DNA of 62,245 nucleotides, counting the filler, from Rhabdomonas costata (Eukaryota), in the NCBI GenBank assembly GCA_019059605.1. It is 28 parts of 28 records of this genome, joined end to end, with 100 filler letters (N's around TTAATTAATTAA, not from the genome) between each part and the next. Parts side by side here need not be neighbours in the genome. Positions count along the whole stretch, not along the records: positions 1 to 2,128 come from JAHMHO010005428.1; positions 2,229 to 4,361 come from JAHMHO010005429.1; positions 4,462 to 6,590 come from JAHMHO010005430.1; positions 6,691 to 8,819 come from JAHMHO010005431.1; positions 8,920 to 11,047 come from JAHMHO010005432.1; positions 11,148 to 13,275 come from JAHMHO010005433.1; positions 13,376 to 15,504 come from JAHMHO010005434.1; 21 more parts are not named here. One strand, given 5' to 3'. A program made the position numbers and the translations under genes. Below, one piece after another: positions 1 through 14,922 of this stretch; position 1 is the first letter of the stretch; each line of letters begins with the position of its first letter. The notes below the pieces were generated by a model. That model searched no databases. It was not told the DNA's origin and saw only the letters and a list, made by a program, of their open reading frames with translations.

Positions 1-246
1 TTTTTGTTGTCATTCTATGAGGGTGTGTGTCATTCGTTTTTCAGGAATACACGAAGAGCTCTGATGCATCAAACGGTATGGGAGGACAGCAGAAAAAGGA
101 AATCGGTGGTTGCACTGTGCGATGGACCTGATCTCGCAGCATTGTAGAGTATCTCAATAATAAACAGCAGACCAGAGAAACGTCATGAATGATGACAGAT
201 ACTCATGGTGAGGCGAACGACGCTTGCTTGCTTGCGGTATACTTAC

Positions 247-1824
247 CTGGTTCATTCCATGGGTGGAGTGCCGCATCACGGCGGCAACCCAGGGCGCGCC
301 ATGGACACGGCCTTTGCGGAGAAAGTTCACGTTGTCATAACCCGCCATGTAGTCATCGTCGGCAAAAGTCAGCAGGAAGGGCACCGTTCGAAGCGCACTG
401 GAAGGCGGAGCCGAGTCGAGGACGACAGGCAAGGATGCAAATACCGCGCTTCAGGAAGGAAGCTCAGGATCGTTTCATCGATTTCGAGTTCGTTAAAAGA
501 TACCGATTCCGAGATGCGAGAGTACTGACGCGGAACAAAACCACGACTGCGGCACGGATTCGTGTGAGCTGAGAGGAGGCTCCTTCATTCAGACATTCTG
601 GACAACACTGCAACAGTGCGAAGGCTCCACAACTATTGGCAGCGCGACAACTGAAACAGCGATCTCCATCTGTCGCAGAACGAAACCCGGGCTCTGAGGA
701 AGATAATAACTCTCTTCCAGAAACCCAGGAATTTTCCTTAACCACTCCTTGACACACTCCTTGACAGAAAGAGGTGACGGGAGTCGAGGGATAAAACCCG
801 CTGAAGTCGAACGGCTTTTCGCTCTCGTGCTGGGCGCACATATAGCGGACAGCGCCGAGAGTACGGAAGGGCCGCAGCTCGGCGTAGCTCGCGACCTGCA
901 CCCCGTCGCGGGACCAACCCCAGAAAACCACTGGGGCGAAGGCCAGCTCGGGGTGTCCACTCAGCCGGGCCATTTCAGCCAGGCTGCGATCCATCCACTC
1001 CGCCAGGGATCCGCGGTTGGCCCTGTAGTCCGATCTTAGAAACTGCGCGAACATACACGAGCTTTTTGAGGCAACTGTATCCACACCTCGACGGATGTCA
1101 ACGTTCTCACATAGTGATCGCCTCGAATGCACAAAAAGGAGGTTTGTTTTAGGATTGACATTACATCGATAATTGAGTCAACCTTCCTTGACATATACAC
1201 TGCACGTTGTGGGCTGATCGTCATCGAAGATATGGATGGGAGCTATCCGGCGGATCGAACTGACGGAGCTCCCTCGTCAAAAGTCATCTGGCCTCCAAGT
1301 CAGACGAGGAAGCACTGCACTTTCGGTTGAAGGGTTTATCATTTGTGAGACCAAAGCCAAACATACTCGAGTGTCGGTGTATGGGACGTTGCCGATCTCC
1401 ACCATGGCAGCCCCAATCGATGCGAAAAAAGTTCGAAACTGGCACAAACTCCTGCGGAAAACGATATAAAGTGAAATCCCCCATTCGAAAGGAGCAACTG
1501 TGCACATCGACGCCGATTTCAGTGATGAGTACTGGCCTGAAAGGCGCCCGAATGCAGTTCGAAGTTAGATCAAAACAAGAGAAGAAATCATTCGCATCAG
1601 TTCCTGTTCTTGGGAAACAGTGCAAGCGCCCGCCAAAGACAAAGAAAAAACCACCAAACAAACAAAGGCGGAAAGTGGTCGCATATACCAAACAGGGTTG
1701 GTGCGAAAGAAGAGGGCCTTGTTCATCCATGTCATCAGGTACACTAGGCGGATATTCGTCACGGCACTGCCCAGCCACAGCTTCATCTTCTGATCGTGCT
1801 CCCCACCCAAAAAATATTCCGTGC
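247..1824 (-). CDS. Alpha/beta-hydrolase-fold protein (partial, 4 exons: 1824-1689, 1451-1367, 1042-798, 397-247)
   Basis: GT-AG splicing joins the exons in frame: KMKLWLGSAVTNIRLVYL...W|SLCQFRTFFASIG...|...RLSGHPELAFAPVVFWGWSRDG...RPFRTLGAVRY...SG|ALRTVPFLLTFADDD...GAPWVAAVMRHSTH. G-x-S elbow, then candidate Asp and His in triad order. Confidence 0.7.
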
Positions 1825-2271
1825 CTGGCGCGACCTGAGGTGCGGCGCGTGGACTCACGTGAAACTCATGCCCAACTCATGCCCAATAACCGCCCGCAAC
1901 ACACACACACATCTCCAGAGAGACAGAAAGTCAGACAGACTCTGTGCGGACGTGAAAAATACACACATGTGCCTTGCCAGCCTGGTTCGTAACTCAATCC
2001 ATTGGATGTGGTAAGCCATGGGCTTAGGTGGACCCGAGAATTGCACAGCTAAAAACGAACCTGTGACATTCATGCCCCAATTAATCACCCGTAAACACCC
2101 AAAAACACACATGCACACACACAAAACCNNNNNNNNNNNNNNNNNNNNNNNNNNNNNNNNNNNNNNNNNNNNTTAATTAATTAANNNNNNNNNNNNNNNN
2201 NNNNNNNNNNNNNNNNNNNNNNNNNNNNGTTTTGGTGGTACAATAGAATGAACACAACGTATACAACATAC

Positions 2272-3105
2272 ATCCAGCCCGTGAGAGGACCAAATGACGA
2301 GCTCATACTTCTCGCTCAGCCTGCAAATCGAGATTTGCAGAAAGCCACCACGGGAAGCCATATGAAGGGAAGGAAACGAAAAATTCCTCCATGATTTGTG
2401 AGTCACATGTTTAATTAACATTCAGGGGGTGGCGCGACGCAGTAAGAATCCAGCCGAAACAAAAATGCGATGCGAAAAAATGCGAAAAAATGAAAACTGC
2501 AAAATACTCAAAATATGTCTACATACGCAGTCAGGCGGAAACCTCAGTTCAAAACGCAAGGTGGGTAAAGAATCGTAATGGCCGAGAGTGGCACCGAACT
2601 TCCAAACAACACGGCCATAAATAAAAGGGACCGCGTCCAAACCTCTCAAGGAACATATCAACACCAGGGCGTTTGTACGTAACCCACCGCTTGGCCTGAA
2701 ATGAACAAATCAGTCGCACAAGCTACTTTACAGTGCCACAAAACAGGAAACGGCAACTTGGACTGAAGAGACCTTGGGATCATAAATCGTGGTGACAAGC
2801 ACCCCATTCACGTTGCAGCACAAAGTCGGACGACCACGCATCTGAGGAGTCCGATCGCTGAGGTAGGGCTTGTCCAGCGTAAACACTGCATTGTCCATCG
2901 CAGCCTAAAGAAAGGGATATTCGCGAAGCTGCGGACGCAATATGAGAACAACAATCCAAAGACCAACCCATCGTCGCACCCCGATGTTGGTTGGGTTCAG
3001 CCATTTTGTTGGCGATTCCGTCACCGATCTAAGAACTGTACCCAAGTACGTGTACTCGTAGATGTAGTCCGTCACCACATAAGTGCAACCCAAAGCAAAC
3101 AGCGC
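2272..3105 (-). CDS. TIM50: TIM50-like mitochondrial import protein with degenerate NIF/FCP1 domain (partial; exons 3105-3025, 2904-2773, 2695-2643, 2320-2272)
   Basis: Spliced product: hydrophobic ALFALGCTYVV..., then KPYLSDRTPQMRGRPTLCCNVNGVLVTTIYDPK|AKRWVTYKRPGVDMFLER|LSEKYELVIWSS. Matches the Tim50/NIF pattern TLV...KRPGxDxFL..LS..YE.V.F/WSS; DxDxT is replaced by NVNGV. All phases consistent. Confidence 0.72.
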
Positions 3106-3351
3106 CTGCAAATGGTGAAAGGCAGGTGGGAGCCTCTTACAAGTTGCAGCGGAGCTTGGAACTTTGCGTGCAGTAACACACTTCATCAAAATGCGCTGCA
3201 AAATAATACAACGCACGCAAACTTTGTTGTCTGAGACATCAGAAATGCTCCAAAAAAGTCAATCGAACCTCGAACCTTGCGAGGAGAAACTTCCACAGTG
3301 CACCAGTACAAGTGATAATTTCCGATCTGCCAACTGGTGTCCACCCAATAG

Positions 3352-3353
<2 letters not shown>

Positions 3354-3386
<33 letters not shown>
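3354..3386. repeat. (TG)n microsatellite
   Basis: Perfect dinucleotide run. Confidence 0.95.
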
Positions 3387-3390
<4 letters not shown>

Positions 3391-4472
3391 TGAAGAAGTT
3401 TCCGACGCCTCAAGGCAAGTGTCTCGTCAGCTTCAACCAGCAAGAGCTGGCAAACCCAGCCCGCCCTTGCACAGGCAGTTGTGACGCACTTCTGCCACAG
3501 CTGCCCGAACTGCGGAGGGAGCGGTCGATTGTCAGATTGATTGCAGTGGGACGACCCAGCTGTGCCGACGATGTCGGCGCGTTCTGGTCTGCCCTCGACA
3601 GGTTCGACAGCTTCGACTGCGTGGATTCCAAGGGGTGGGGGGATTTCACCCACGATAGTCGATTATCGTTCTCTGGAAAAGGTCGTTTAGAAAGCAAAAC
3701 CCTTTTGAGTATTAAACTCTTTCCCCAGAATTTCAAACTTACGTATGCCAGGTGTCCATGAGTACTGTACCCAAAATGGAAGTGTTTATCGACTATGGGT
3801 TTGTTTTGCCACTTCTATGCTTGGGATCACCAGGCCCGGGTACCGAGCGCCTGTGAGGGTTGTTGCGCGGTCTCTTTCGGGAATGAAGAAGGGACCGAGA
3901 ATTCCCTTGACCCAAACCCCTTGCCCTTCTAGCTCGTGAACGGTTGTTTGTTGACTGTTCCATCCAAGCCTGCTTTTCGTTAACAGTATTCGAACACGTC
4001 GCAGCAAAAGCTAAGCGAAGAACTCACTGGGAAAAGTCTGGCTCACCTTGGACCCCGTGCTCGGCGTTGGGTCTGCTTTTCGCGCCTCTCGACTACCAAC
4101 TGTTGTGCCAGCGATGGCTGGGTGTCGGCTGCAGTGGACGTGTCGGTCGTCCACGACTCTGCCGCACTTTTCCCCTCACTGCCCCGCTCCTGCTGGATGG
4201 CCGTCTCCGCCATCACCCGCCTGGCTCCCGCTCCTCAACGGTCATGGTTCTCCTTGCAGCACCTCTTTCCGTCCATCCTCTCTCCGTCCGCCCTCGGCCC
4301 GGTCTCTTGCTATTGTCCTTTGTTTACCTCCTTCGGGTCAGCGAAGCCTGCTCCCCCCCCCNNNNNNNNNNNNNNNNNNNNNNNNNNNNNNNNNNNNNNN
4401 NNNNNTTAATTAATTAANNNNNNNNNNNNNNNNNNNNNNNNNNNNNNNNNNNNNNNNNNNNTTGTGGTTGGG

Positions 4473-6408
4473 TGAGACCAGAAGCCGGAGCCGAGATATT
4501 CCCGCCGTCAGCTTGGCCCGCTCGCCCGGAGGTTGGGAGCGGTAGTGCTCGATCAGCTTCACGTAAATCGTGGGCACCGCCATGAACAGGGTCAGCCTGC
4601 CACCGCCAACCATCCAAAACATCAGCCTAACTCAACTCTACCCGAGACAATCCCCCTTGCCGCCTGTCCAGCATCAGCAGCATCGTGCATTAGTGCACAA
4701 CGAAGAACGCTACGCTTCAACTTGCGGTCTCCATTTTGCTACCTGCAACGCGGAGCATTCCTGTGGGGGTGGGATGCAACCGTGACAATGTGTGTTCATG
4801 GCTGAACGAACAACAAACGTCAAGAATGGTTGATGCCTCACACCTCCGCGTTTGGACGCCAGTTTCCACCGCAGAAAGTGAGCCGCAAGGAGGTTTTTGC
4901 AGAGACCAACCGAATGGATGGAGGAAGGGAAGCCCATACGGCGAGGTGCTGTCCGTGAAGCGCCTCCACACAGAGGCCGGGCTCCATTCCATGAACTCGC
5001 ACAGAGCACCGCTGTGCAGTGCGCACAGCACAACGTTCACCACTCCTGAGCAAGCCCGCACCTTCCCGATGATAGGCTTTCCCACCTCATCGCTAGACAC
5101 ATAAGCACAGCGTTGGTCCCAACTTCGAATGGTCTTCCAATGCGACATCAGTTCCAGGGCACAAAAAAAGGCGGGTAGACGTGCCCAGCATCTGGCACCA
5201 TTACTAACTTTCCGTCGAAATACTTCACTTTTAACTCATAGCTCAGACAGAGAAAAGTGCACACCGACCGACCGGGTGTGCGCGCTGAGAGCAGTGCAGG
5301 TTTCGACAGTTTCCGCATGTTTCACATGCACACGCATAGATCCCCACAAAACGGGGAGCACACCATGCGTGTGATGAAGAGGAAGAAGGCTGAGAATGTG
5401 GTCTTGGGAACTCCAGCCCCAGGACTTAAGGAGGACGCTCACCTGAATTCAAAGAAAGTGAGAGGCAACGTAAGGGATAAGACATCACCCACCACTACCA
5501 TGAGAGGCGATATATTACATGTGACTATATTACACGTGAAGAGCACACATTCACAAATCTGGCTGTTTTTTGTTCGACATTCGTCCGCCGTAGTATTCGA
5601 AGCGGTACATCATGTGATATGCTGACGAGTTCCTTTGGCACTCACAGTTCGGGAGCTTCAGTCGCACACACCGGTACGCTCATCTTAAATACACCTTGAG
5701 TACAAATGAAAGCAAAGAGGCACATAATGCACGTCACCATCCACCAAAATGCACATCCGGCGGTGCAGATAAAACATCCACTGCTGGGAGTGGGGTGGCG
5801 GCGGTGGTGCGCACTGCACCGTTCTGAAGGGCGGGATTGTGTGCTTCTCAGGGGGCGGGAGCAGGGATTCATTCATCGTGCTGGCGCGGCGCGGAGCGGC
5901 GCGTGCCTGATTGAAGAGGGCGCCGTGAGTGTGGACGACCCCCTTGGGTCGGCCCGTAGTGCCGGAGGTGTATATGATTAGTGCAGGCGAGGCCATGTCC
6001 ACGGCGGTCAGCCGCGGGGTCTGGAACCCAGGCTCTGCCCCACCGGGCACCTCACCGGGCAGCGCCAGCACCGGGGGGACGGCATCCTCCGCCCCGCCCA
6101 CCTCTTTGCGGTGGTGCTGCAAGGCAAGTTGCAGAGATTTCTGAAGGAGGGCAGGCTCGGCTATCGCCAGGCGCGCCTGGGAGTTGGCCAGGACGTAGGC
6201 CATCTCCGCGGGCGGGTGGGTGGTGCACAGCGGCACGGCGACCATCCCACAGGCCCATACCGCCAGCGTGGTGGCCGTGTACTGCATCGAGGGGCTCACC
6301 AGGAAACACACTGATGAGCTGTTGTATTTTTGCTGAGAGTCCGAGAGCAATGCAAACGCAGATGCCTCTAAGCCTCTAAGCGAAACTTGATGGGGCAAAA
6401 CTATGGGT
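4473..6408 (-). CDS. ACSF3: AMP-binding acyl-CoA synthetase, malonate-CoA ligase/ACSF3-like (partial; exons ~6408-5907, 5442-5364, 5045-4940, 4596-~4473)
   Basis: AMP-binding signature IIYTSGTTGRPKGVVHTH, then W..QDHILSLLPLHHTHGVVNVVLCAL..GA and LFMAVPTIYVKL...RLRLLVS. First intron is GC-AG (donor GCACGC). 5' boundary of first exon uncertain. Confidence 0.88.
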
Positions 6409-6696
6409 CTATGCAAAGGATCCTTTTGTGACCATGCGATGGTGCGGCGGGGAGCGACGAACAGAAATCCCTACGCTCGATACCCAAATCATCCAGTCTT
6501 CGAGTGTTATTCATCAAATCCGGTGCATCCTACAAAACAAACAAAACAACATAACAAACCAAAAACCAATCGGCACGCCCCCCCCCCCCCNNNNNNNNNN
6601 NNNNNNNNNNNNNNNNNNNNNNNNNNNNNNNNNNTTAATTAATTAANNNNNNNNNNNNNNNNNNNNNNNNNNNNNNNNNNNNNNNNNNNNGTTTTT

Positions 6697-7852
6697 GTGG
6701 CCCCGGCGGCGGGGGACCCCAGCCCGGCCCCCGCCGGAGCGGGCGGAAACTCAGAGACCCTCACCGAGACGGTCGTGGTAGCGGCGCTGAGGCTGCTGCT
6801 GGACCCCCTGTGCTACCCCATCCTTGTCTGCTGCAGCCTGGGGAGACATCGCACCGGTATGCTGTGTGTTGTTGGAGCTCATGGGCTCTGTGAGTCCCTG
6901 CCTTGCTGTGAGCGCTAGCAGTCACAGGGACGGCGGCACCGCGTTGAGTGAAACTAAGGTAGGTAGTTCACCTTGAAACCAGCGAAGTTCGAGATGGAGT
7001 TTTTTACTCTGAGTTTCAACATGCGTCTTTTGTGGTGTTATACTAGGTGTGTCTCTGTGTGTGCATCGAATGTGTGTACGAGGGTGGGTGGTTCTGTCGC
7101 CCATAAAACGTGCGACAACAACACGCAAGGTCCCCAGTCCCCATTTTGGACGCTGAATGCTAAGAATGCCCTGGTGCCGTTAGGTGGTGGTGGGGCCATG
7201 TATTCCTTTGCACCTAAGAGCAAAAACTCTCTCTTTCTCTCCCCCCCCCCTCTCTCCTTGCAAGCGTATTGACTCGTGCCTATGTGTTGCCTTTTGGTAC
7301 CTTTTTCTTTTCAGGGACCCTTATCGGCTGCCTGAGGAAAATTCAGAACTGGAACCTGAGCTCCATCCTGGCGGAGTACCGGCGGTGTCCACCGATTCCC
7401 CATTTCGTCCCCCCCCCCCCAGAAGCTGTCCAAGCTTTGCTTTCGTTGGCCTGCCTCTCTCTGCACCGTTTTCTCTTGCTCTTCTTCTCCTCACAGGGCC
7501 TTAACACTGAGGCCGGTCTCGAAGGCGCTCATTTGGTTCGATTCGAACAGTCAGCAGGGGAAGATGTCCTGTTGGTTTTGCTGATTGAGTGGTGGCCTCA
7601 ATGGGTTCAGGGGTTCGGTGAGGATCATCCGGTGATAGGGTAAGTGCAGGAACAGATGGGCTTTCTTCCCACTCGCCTGGATTGCCCACCCATTGCGTCC
7701 GCGAAGTTATCCTCATACTGCTCGCATCGACTTCAGTTTCTCTCTGTGGTTTCAGCTTTGCGGGGAACAAGCAGCGGCTTGAGAACGAGCAGCTTATTGA
7801 GCTCTTTGACACGGACCTCGTGGCGATTCCCCCGAACGCCACTGTCTTATGA
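6697..7852 (+). CDS. OCA/Siw14-family (PFA-DSP) atypical dual-specificity phosphatase, C-terminal part (exons ~6697-6856, 7315-7384, 7756-7852)
   Basis: YPILVCCSLGRHRT|GTLIGCLRKIQNWNLSSILAEYRR|FAGNKQRLENEQLIELFDTDLV* with an intact CX5R loop. GT-AG introns in phase. Confidence 0.88.
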
Positions 7853-10800
7853 GTCGTGTGCGTGTGTGGGGAGGGGTCGCTTGACCCCCTCCGATGCCGT
7901 CCCCCTGGTTGCTGCTGGGGCGATTGCGGCCTGGAGGGGGGCCACTCCCCACGCACTGACCTCTTTTGCAAACCTTTTTCTGGATGGAAATGAAGGAGGG
8001 AGGTAGTGTGGGGGGATGAAGGAAGGGATAGATCTCGCGTCGCTTGGTCTACTGACTGGCTCGACCTTTCCCCTCCAGCGGCTTTCTTGCCCCCTCTTTG
8101 CTCCATCCTTGTCTTGCCCTCTCCCTGACGGGTTCACCTCGGATGTCTTCTGGTCTCCCTTTGTACGATTTTCTGTGGAGGGAAGAAAACGGAGGGTGTC
8201 AACGGAGGTGACGTAGAACGGACTCGGTCCCTTTGTGCCGTGACCCCCCGATGCTTTGGGGTGAGGTCCCCTGCTTGTGCCCTCTAGGGCATTTTGTACC
8301 AGTGCGCATCCACTGTATGGCGGAATTGTGAACGGCGCAACCACACTGGCGCAACCACGCATTTGGCTCGGCTCGGTTCCGTGTGGAACTTCCGCATGGC
8401 GGTAGTCGCAAGACTATCAGCCAGTTTCTGGTCCGTCGATCTAAAACCGAATAACTTCAACCTTAGCCTGTTGAAACTCCTGTGTGTTTTGGACAATATC
8501 GGTTGGATAGCATCAAACAATGTGTGAAGGGATTAGGCACAGCGTTTTCGCTCATTCGTTCATCTCTTTGTCAGGGGGGCAGCGTTTCTTTCTAGTATCC
8601 TTTTGTTCGAGCAGCACACACAATGGCGGTTTACTACACCCACTCCCCCTATACCTTCGACGGTTTGTTGTGTATGGACCCCCAGGCGCGTCTCTGGTCA
8701 AGGGACTGCTTTCTTCCGTTCTCCTCTGTGTTTTTCCTTCCGTACTTCAATCGCACAAACACATACGAACGCGAACAAACCAATACCCCTTGACCCGAAG
8801 TCAGGCAAAACACCCCACANNNNNNNNNNNNNNNNNNNNNNNNNNNNNNNNNNNNNNNNNNNNTTAATTAATTAANNNNNNNNNNNNNNNNNNNNNNNNN
8901 NNNNNNNNNNNNNNNNNNNTGTGTTGGTTACCTCGGTTGACTCCAACCCTAACACGAGTCGGTTGGCACTAATGTGGCAGCAGTGGCTCCTCTTCTGGTG
9001 GCAGTAGGAGCGCTGGTGGGAAATTGTGCCGTCGCACGGTTTTCAGAGGCGTGCTCCACCAGCAGTGGTCATTCAATGCCAACGGAGCACGCAGCAGCAG
9101 TTGTCATTCAATGCAGGTAGATGCAATCGAGGAGTCTCCGTCGAGGGGAGGAAGGCGGCATCTTTTGCAATGGCTTTCTCTGGAAGAAAGCTCCGTTTCC
9201 TCACTGGATTGTGCTGCAGACAGACGCAGAACGGTGGTGACATTTCTGATACGAACTGCCCTCTACCTTACTGCCATCGTGGACACGCCGACACGAACAG
9301 AGTGATCATGAAGGTGAAGCCGCTGAGACGGCTGCACCAAAAGGCTGAGAAGCATACCCGAGGAAATACATGTGTGCTGATTCCAGAAGGGGTCACGCGG
9401 TTGGTCCCCTGCTATATTTTGTGGTCTGGGTTGTAGCTGCACCCCCCCCCCGCTTTTTTTTTGGGGGGGGGGTCCCCCTTGATTCCCTCAAATCCGTCAA
9501 ATTCAGGAACCACCACACAGACGCATCCTTCCCAGCTGCAACCCAGCAAAGAAGCACGAAAGCAAGCAAGCAAACCCTCTACACTGCATTGCTGTTCTTC
9601 CTGGTAAGCTCTCATCGTCGCGTATTTTGCTTCCTTGCGCAAGGCGAAAGAACTTGTCGATCAGTTGTTCTCCCGTCCCGAACTCAAATCCTGACATGAA
9701 CCTTCATACCCGCGCACGTACGCGTCACATGTCGCCACACACACACACACGAACAAGTTGAGGGAAGGGCATCTGAGGTACCTTCGCAGTGAGGCACGTT
9801 TTCCGTTTTCTTTCCGTTTGTACTCGTCTTGGGTCTGCCGAACCCCTTTTCCCGCATTCCCTACCATGTGGGCGTCCACTTTGGGACTGGGGGATGAAAG
9901 CCTGTGGGCGGGCGCGCCGCTGCTGCCGGCACGCCGATCCGCGGAAGAGGAGCCGCTCCCCGGCTCCTCCGTCATTACTCTGGTTGCTGTCGTACCATCC
10001 ACCACCGCTGAGGTCTGGCTGGCTTGGATCTATACATGACCGTGCGGGTTGTGGACGGGTGAGAGCAGGAGAGAAGTGGGGTCTGGCACAGTATTTCGGG
10101 TCATAAAAAGTCGACCTCCGGTCTCGGGTGGTAATGCCTCCGGGTAACGAAGTGGTCGGCATAGATGCCATTTATTCCCCTACCGCACCTGCATCAATCG
10201 TCAGGACCCACCCAAATTCTCTCGCTCTTTGCTGGGTTCCCACATGGGCCCTTGGGGACGCGTTTCCAAGTTCTGTGGGGGGCACCTTTTGGACCTGTGT
10301 ATGCCTGCACACTGGCCAAACTTTTCCGCTTTATGCTGGCACCGGCCTGGACCGGAATGCTACCGGTGCCCTAGAAGTTTTTCTTCCTGCAGATTTCAGA
10401 CCATTTTCGTCCGCTTGAAGGTTTTTCGGATCTGATGTGGCAGGAATTGGTATCGTTTCGGAAACCGGCAGCGCCCCGGGTTTGCTTAAGCTGGAAATGT
10501 GTGGGTTAGCTTGACTCGGTGGTTGGCACCAGACCCGTTGTCAAGGTAGCCACTGATGACATGTGGGACCGGTGCAGTTCGAGATTTTGCGTTCCGAAAC
10601 ATCCGCCTATCCGGAAATGTGTGAATAATATGAGTCCGCTCATTGCCGCCGCACCTCACTATTAACACAAAAAAAGCAATACCCATGGGTGAGTGTATGT
10701 GAGGGGGGAATGCCAGCAATATCGCTGCATTCGATCGATCCTCGTTACAGGATGAAAGACCGCAGTGGATCGTTTCTCAGGGAACCTGGACAGTTCTCAA

Positions 10801-11996
10801 GGAACCTTCCCATATCCCGAGTTCGTGTTGTTCGTATCTTTTTTCTCAGAGAGATAAAAGAGAGATGAGAAAATGCGAATGGATGTTTTCTGGCAAAAGA
10901 TACGAAGGTATGGGCATCCTAGTCCGATGCTGGTTAAAGGGATTCAACGAACAACCACTGACAGCGATCGTGTTCTAAGCACCGCAGCAGCAACAGTGCG
11001 ATCCAGAGGCGCCGGACATCCCCTCCCCCCCCCCCCGGGCCGACTCCNNNNNNNNNNNNNNNNNNNNNNNNNNNNNNNNNNNNNNNNNNNNTTAATTAAT
11101 TAANNNNNNNNNNNNNNNNNNNNNNNNNNNNNNNNNNNNNNNNNNNNTGTTGTGCACCTCCTCCGATCCATGCACGGGGCGGAATTTGACGAGCTAGCCC
11201 GGCAGATCGACCATGGCGACGTGCGAAAAACTGGCCGGATTTCCGTTCACAGAGGCCACTAAGCTGCAGGTCACGCTCCCCCTCAAGCACGGAGGACTGG
11301 GCATCCAAAGCGTTGTGGCAGTGTAACCGGCAGCGGTCTTCACCGGGTGGTGGCGGTTTGCGACGGAGGGGCTTGCCATCTCACCGAAGGTTGGACCGCA
11401 CTCCCATTGATGCCTTGGCCGATCTGTGTCAGGCACTTCCTTGGATAAGCCATTTTTAAGCTGCGATCTGATGCATGGCTGGCTGACGTTCAGCAGAGAG
11501 AGACAGAGAGAGAGTTTTGCCCAAAGAGCTTTAACACGACGTTTTCCACCGCTTCTCGTTTATCTGATGAACTCAAGATCATGCACACCGGTTCCCAGCA
11601 AAAAAAAAAGAAAGAGAGCATTGAGAACAGCATTAATCACCAAGAGAGTTGCTCTGTGTCCGAATAACATGGATGACCCTCCCCATCAGAGTTGGCGAGT
11701 CTCGCCATCTGTTTTTCCGGAGAGATTCCGAGATAAGCGACGGTTGTTCTACATCCATCCCCAAGTACGGTGGTGCGAGCTTCGTGGAATGAGCGGAAGG
11801 TATTGCTTCTGGCAAAACGCTAGACACCGATCGTGACGGAATTGGCCGGGAGATCGCGAAGAAGAAATCGCAAAGGTGCGGAAAATCCGTCAGGCCCAGG
11901 GTTTTTCACATGAAGCCACTCGGCAACACACAAATGAGTCTGTACATCTGAGTCTTGTACAGTCTGTACAAGCGACTTCGAACGAGGAAGCAGTAG

Positions 11997-13029
11997 CTAT
12001 TCCGGCGCGGTAGGCTCCCGCACCAGGTCCATGATGGCGTCCCGGAGAAGCTCCTCGTCGCTCTCCTCCAGCAGAGCGTCCTCCTGTGCAGCTTGCACCT
12101 CCGCCGACGGGCCCCGTGCCCCGCCAGTGCCTCTGCACAGCCGCTCCTCTTCCTCAGAGAGCATAACCAGCCGAAGGCCCCCACGGGCCCGATCCTGGAA
12201 CCCCACCCACAGCCTAAATTTCGGGTCTCTTTGCCAAACCTAGGGATGCATTCGCAGTTCTCTATTTCTGGTGGTCCCTCCATGTGGGCCTGTCTGTAGC
12301 CTCTGCAGCTTAGGCCTTCGGAAAAGAACCGTTTCGGGGCCTCATTGGAAAACGAATGGGTGCCCCGCAAGCGATCCTGAGGAGAATACTGTTCACAGTC
12401 ACTGATGGCATGCTTTTTGACAAAAACGAAAAGGGAGGAGCAAGGATTACCGGATCATCGAAATGGAATGGTATGCAAATTCCTGAAGCACTTCCGGAGG
12501 GGTTTGCAGCAAGTATTTAATACTACAGTTTCCTGCACGATGTCTTCATCATTTACCCCATCCATCCCATATAACCAATGAGCTTGGTGACGTGGAGAAA
12601 AGTTCGATTTTCTTTGAAAAAAAATTAAGTCTCTTTTTGTGCGACAAGCTCCCTCCCGCTTTCTTCTTCTTCTTTTGTTCTTCATTTTTTTCAGCAAAGA
12701 AAGGTTTTTGCCTCCGAAAACACAACTCTAGAGTATTTCTTTTCGGTGGGTGTTTTCGAATAACGAAGGGAAGTCGTTCAACACAAACGCTTGCCCAGCC
12801 ATCCCCACCACCACCAAAAAGTGTCATGTACACCTTCCGACCGCCACCGGGGCGAATCTCGTGGCCCTGGGGTCGCGCCGCAGCATCAACAGTGTTTGGG
12901 GAATTTGGGACGACAGGCGCCAGCGAGGGTAGCAGCGTGACAGGCTGAGACTCGGCCGCCGCGGGCACGGAAGCAGGTTCAAGGTTTGGGGTCGGGTCAG
13001 TGCAAATCCTTCTTTTCTTCCTCTGACTG
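11997..13029 (-). CDS. Hypothetical protein, last two exons (13029-12834, 12194-11997)
   Basis: GC-rich open segments with AG acceptors and a GT donor that join in frame (...GGGRK|DRARGGLRL...DAIMDLVREPTAPE*). No recognisable domain. Confidence 0.4.
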
Positions 13030-13437
13030 CTGTGTAGTACACCAAAAAAAAATTCAGTGAGATTGACACGAAACGGTTGCTATGAAACCTTTCGACTTCA
13101 TAAGTACAATGACCAGAAGACCTTCCAAGAGACGTGTCGCCTTTGTGCTGCATATATATAACTGTTCAGATAGTACCATTCAAAAAAGACATTCATGCGC
13201 CGAGCAGGCCCCGTGTCTTTTCGATGCACAGTTTCCCATTTCTTGCAATTCAAAAAAAAGGCAATCTATTGTCCGNNNNNNNNNNNNNNNNNNNNNNNNN
13301 NNNNNNNNNNNNNNNNNNNTTAATTAATTAANNNNNNNNNNNNNNNNNNNNNNNNNNNNNNNNNNNNNNNNNNNNGGTTGGGTTGTGCTTGCGCTGCCGC
13401 CTTCATTTTCCCTGCTTGCCTCCCTGCTGCACCTCAG

Positions 13438-14922
<1,485 letters not shown>

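Noticed and set aside
8920..11047. Possible minus-strand exons (GINGIYADHF..., IQASQTSAVVDG...)
   Set aside because: Several frames are open and no family is recognisable, so no gene model is defensible.
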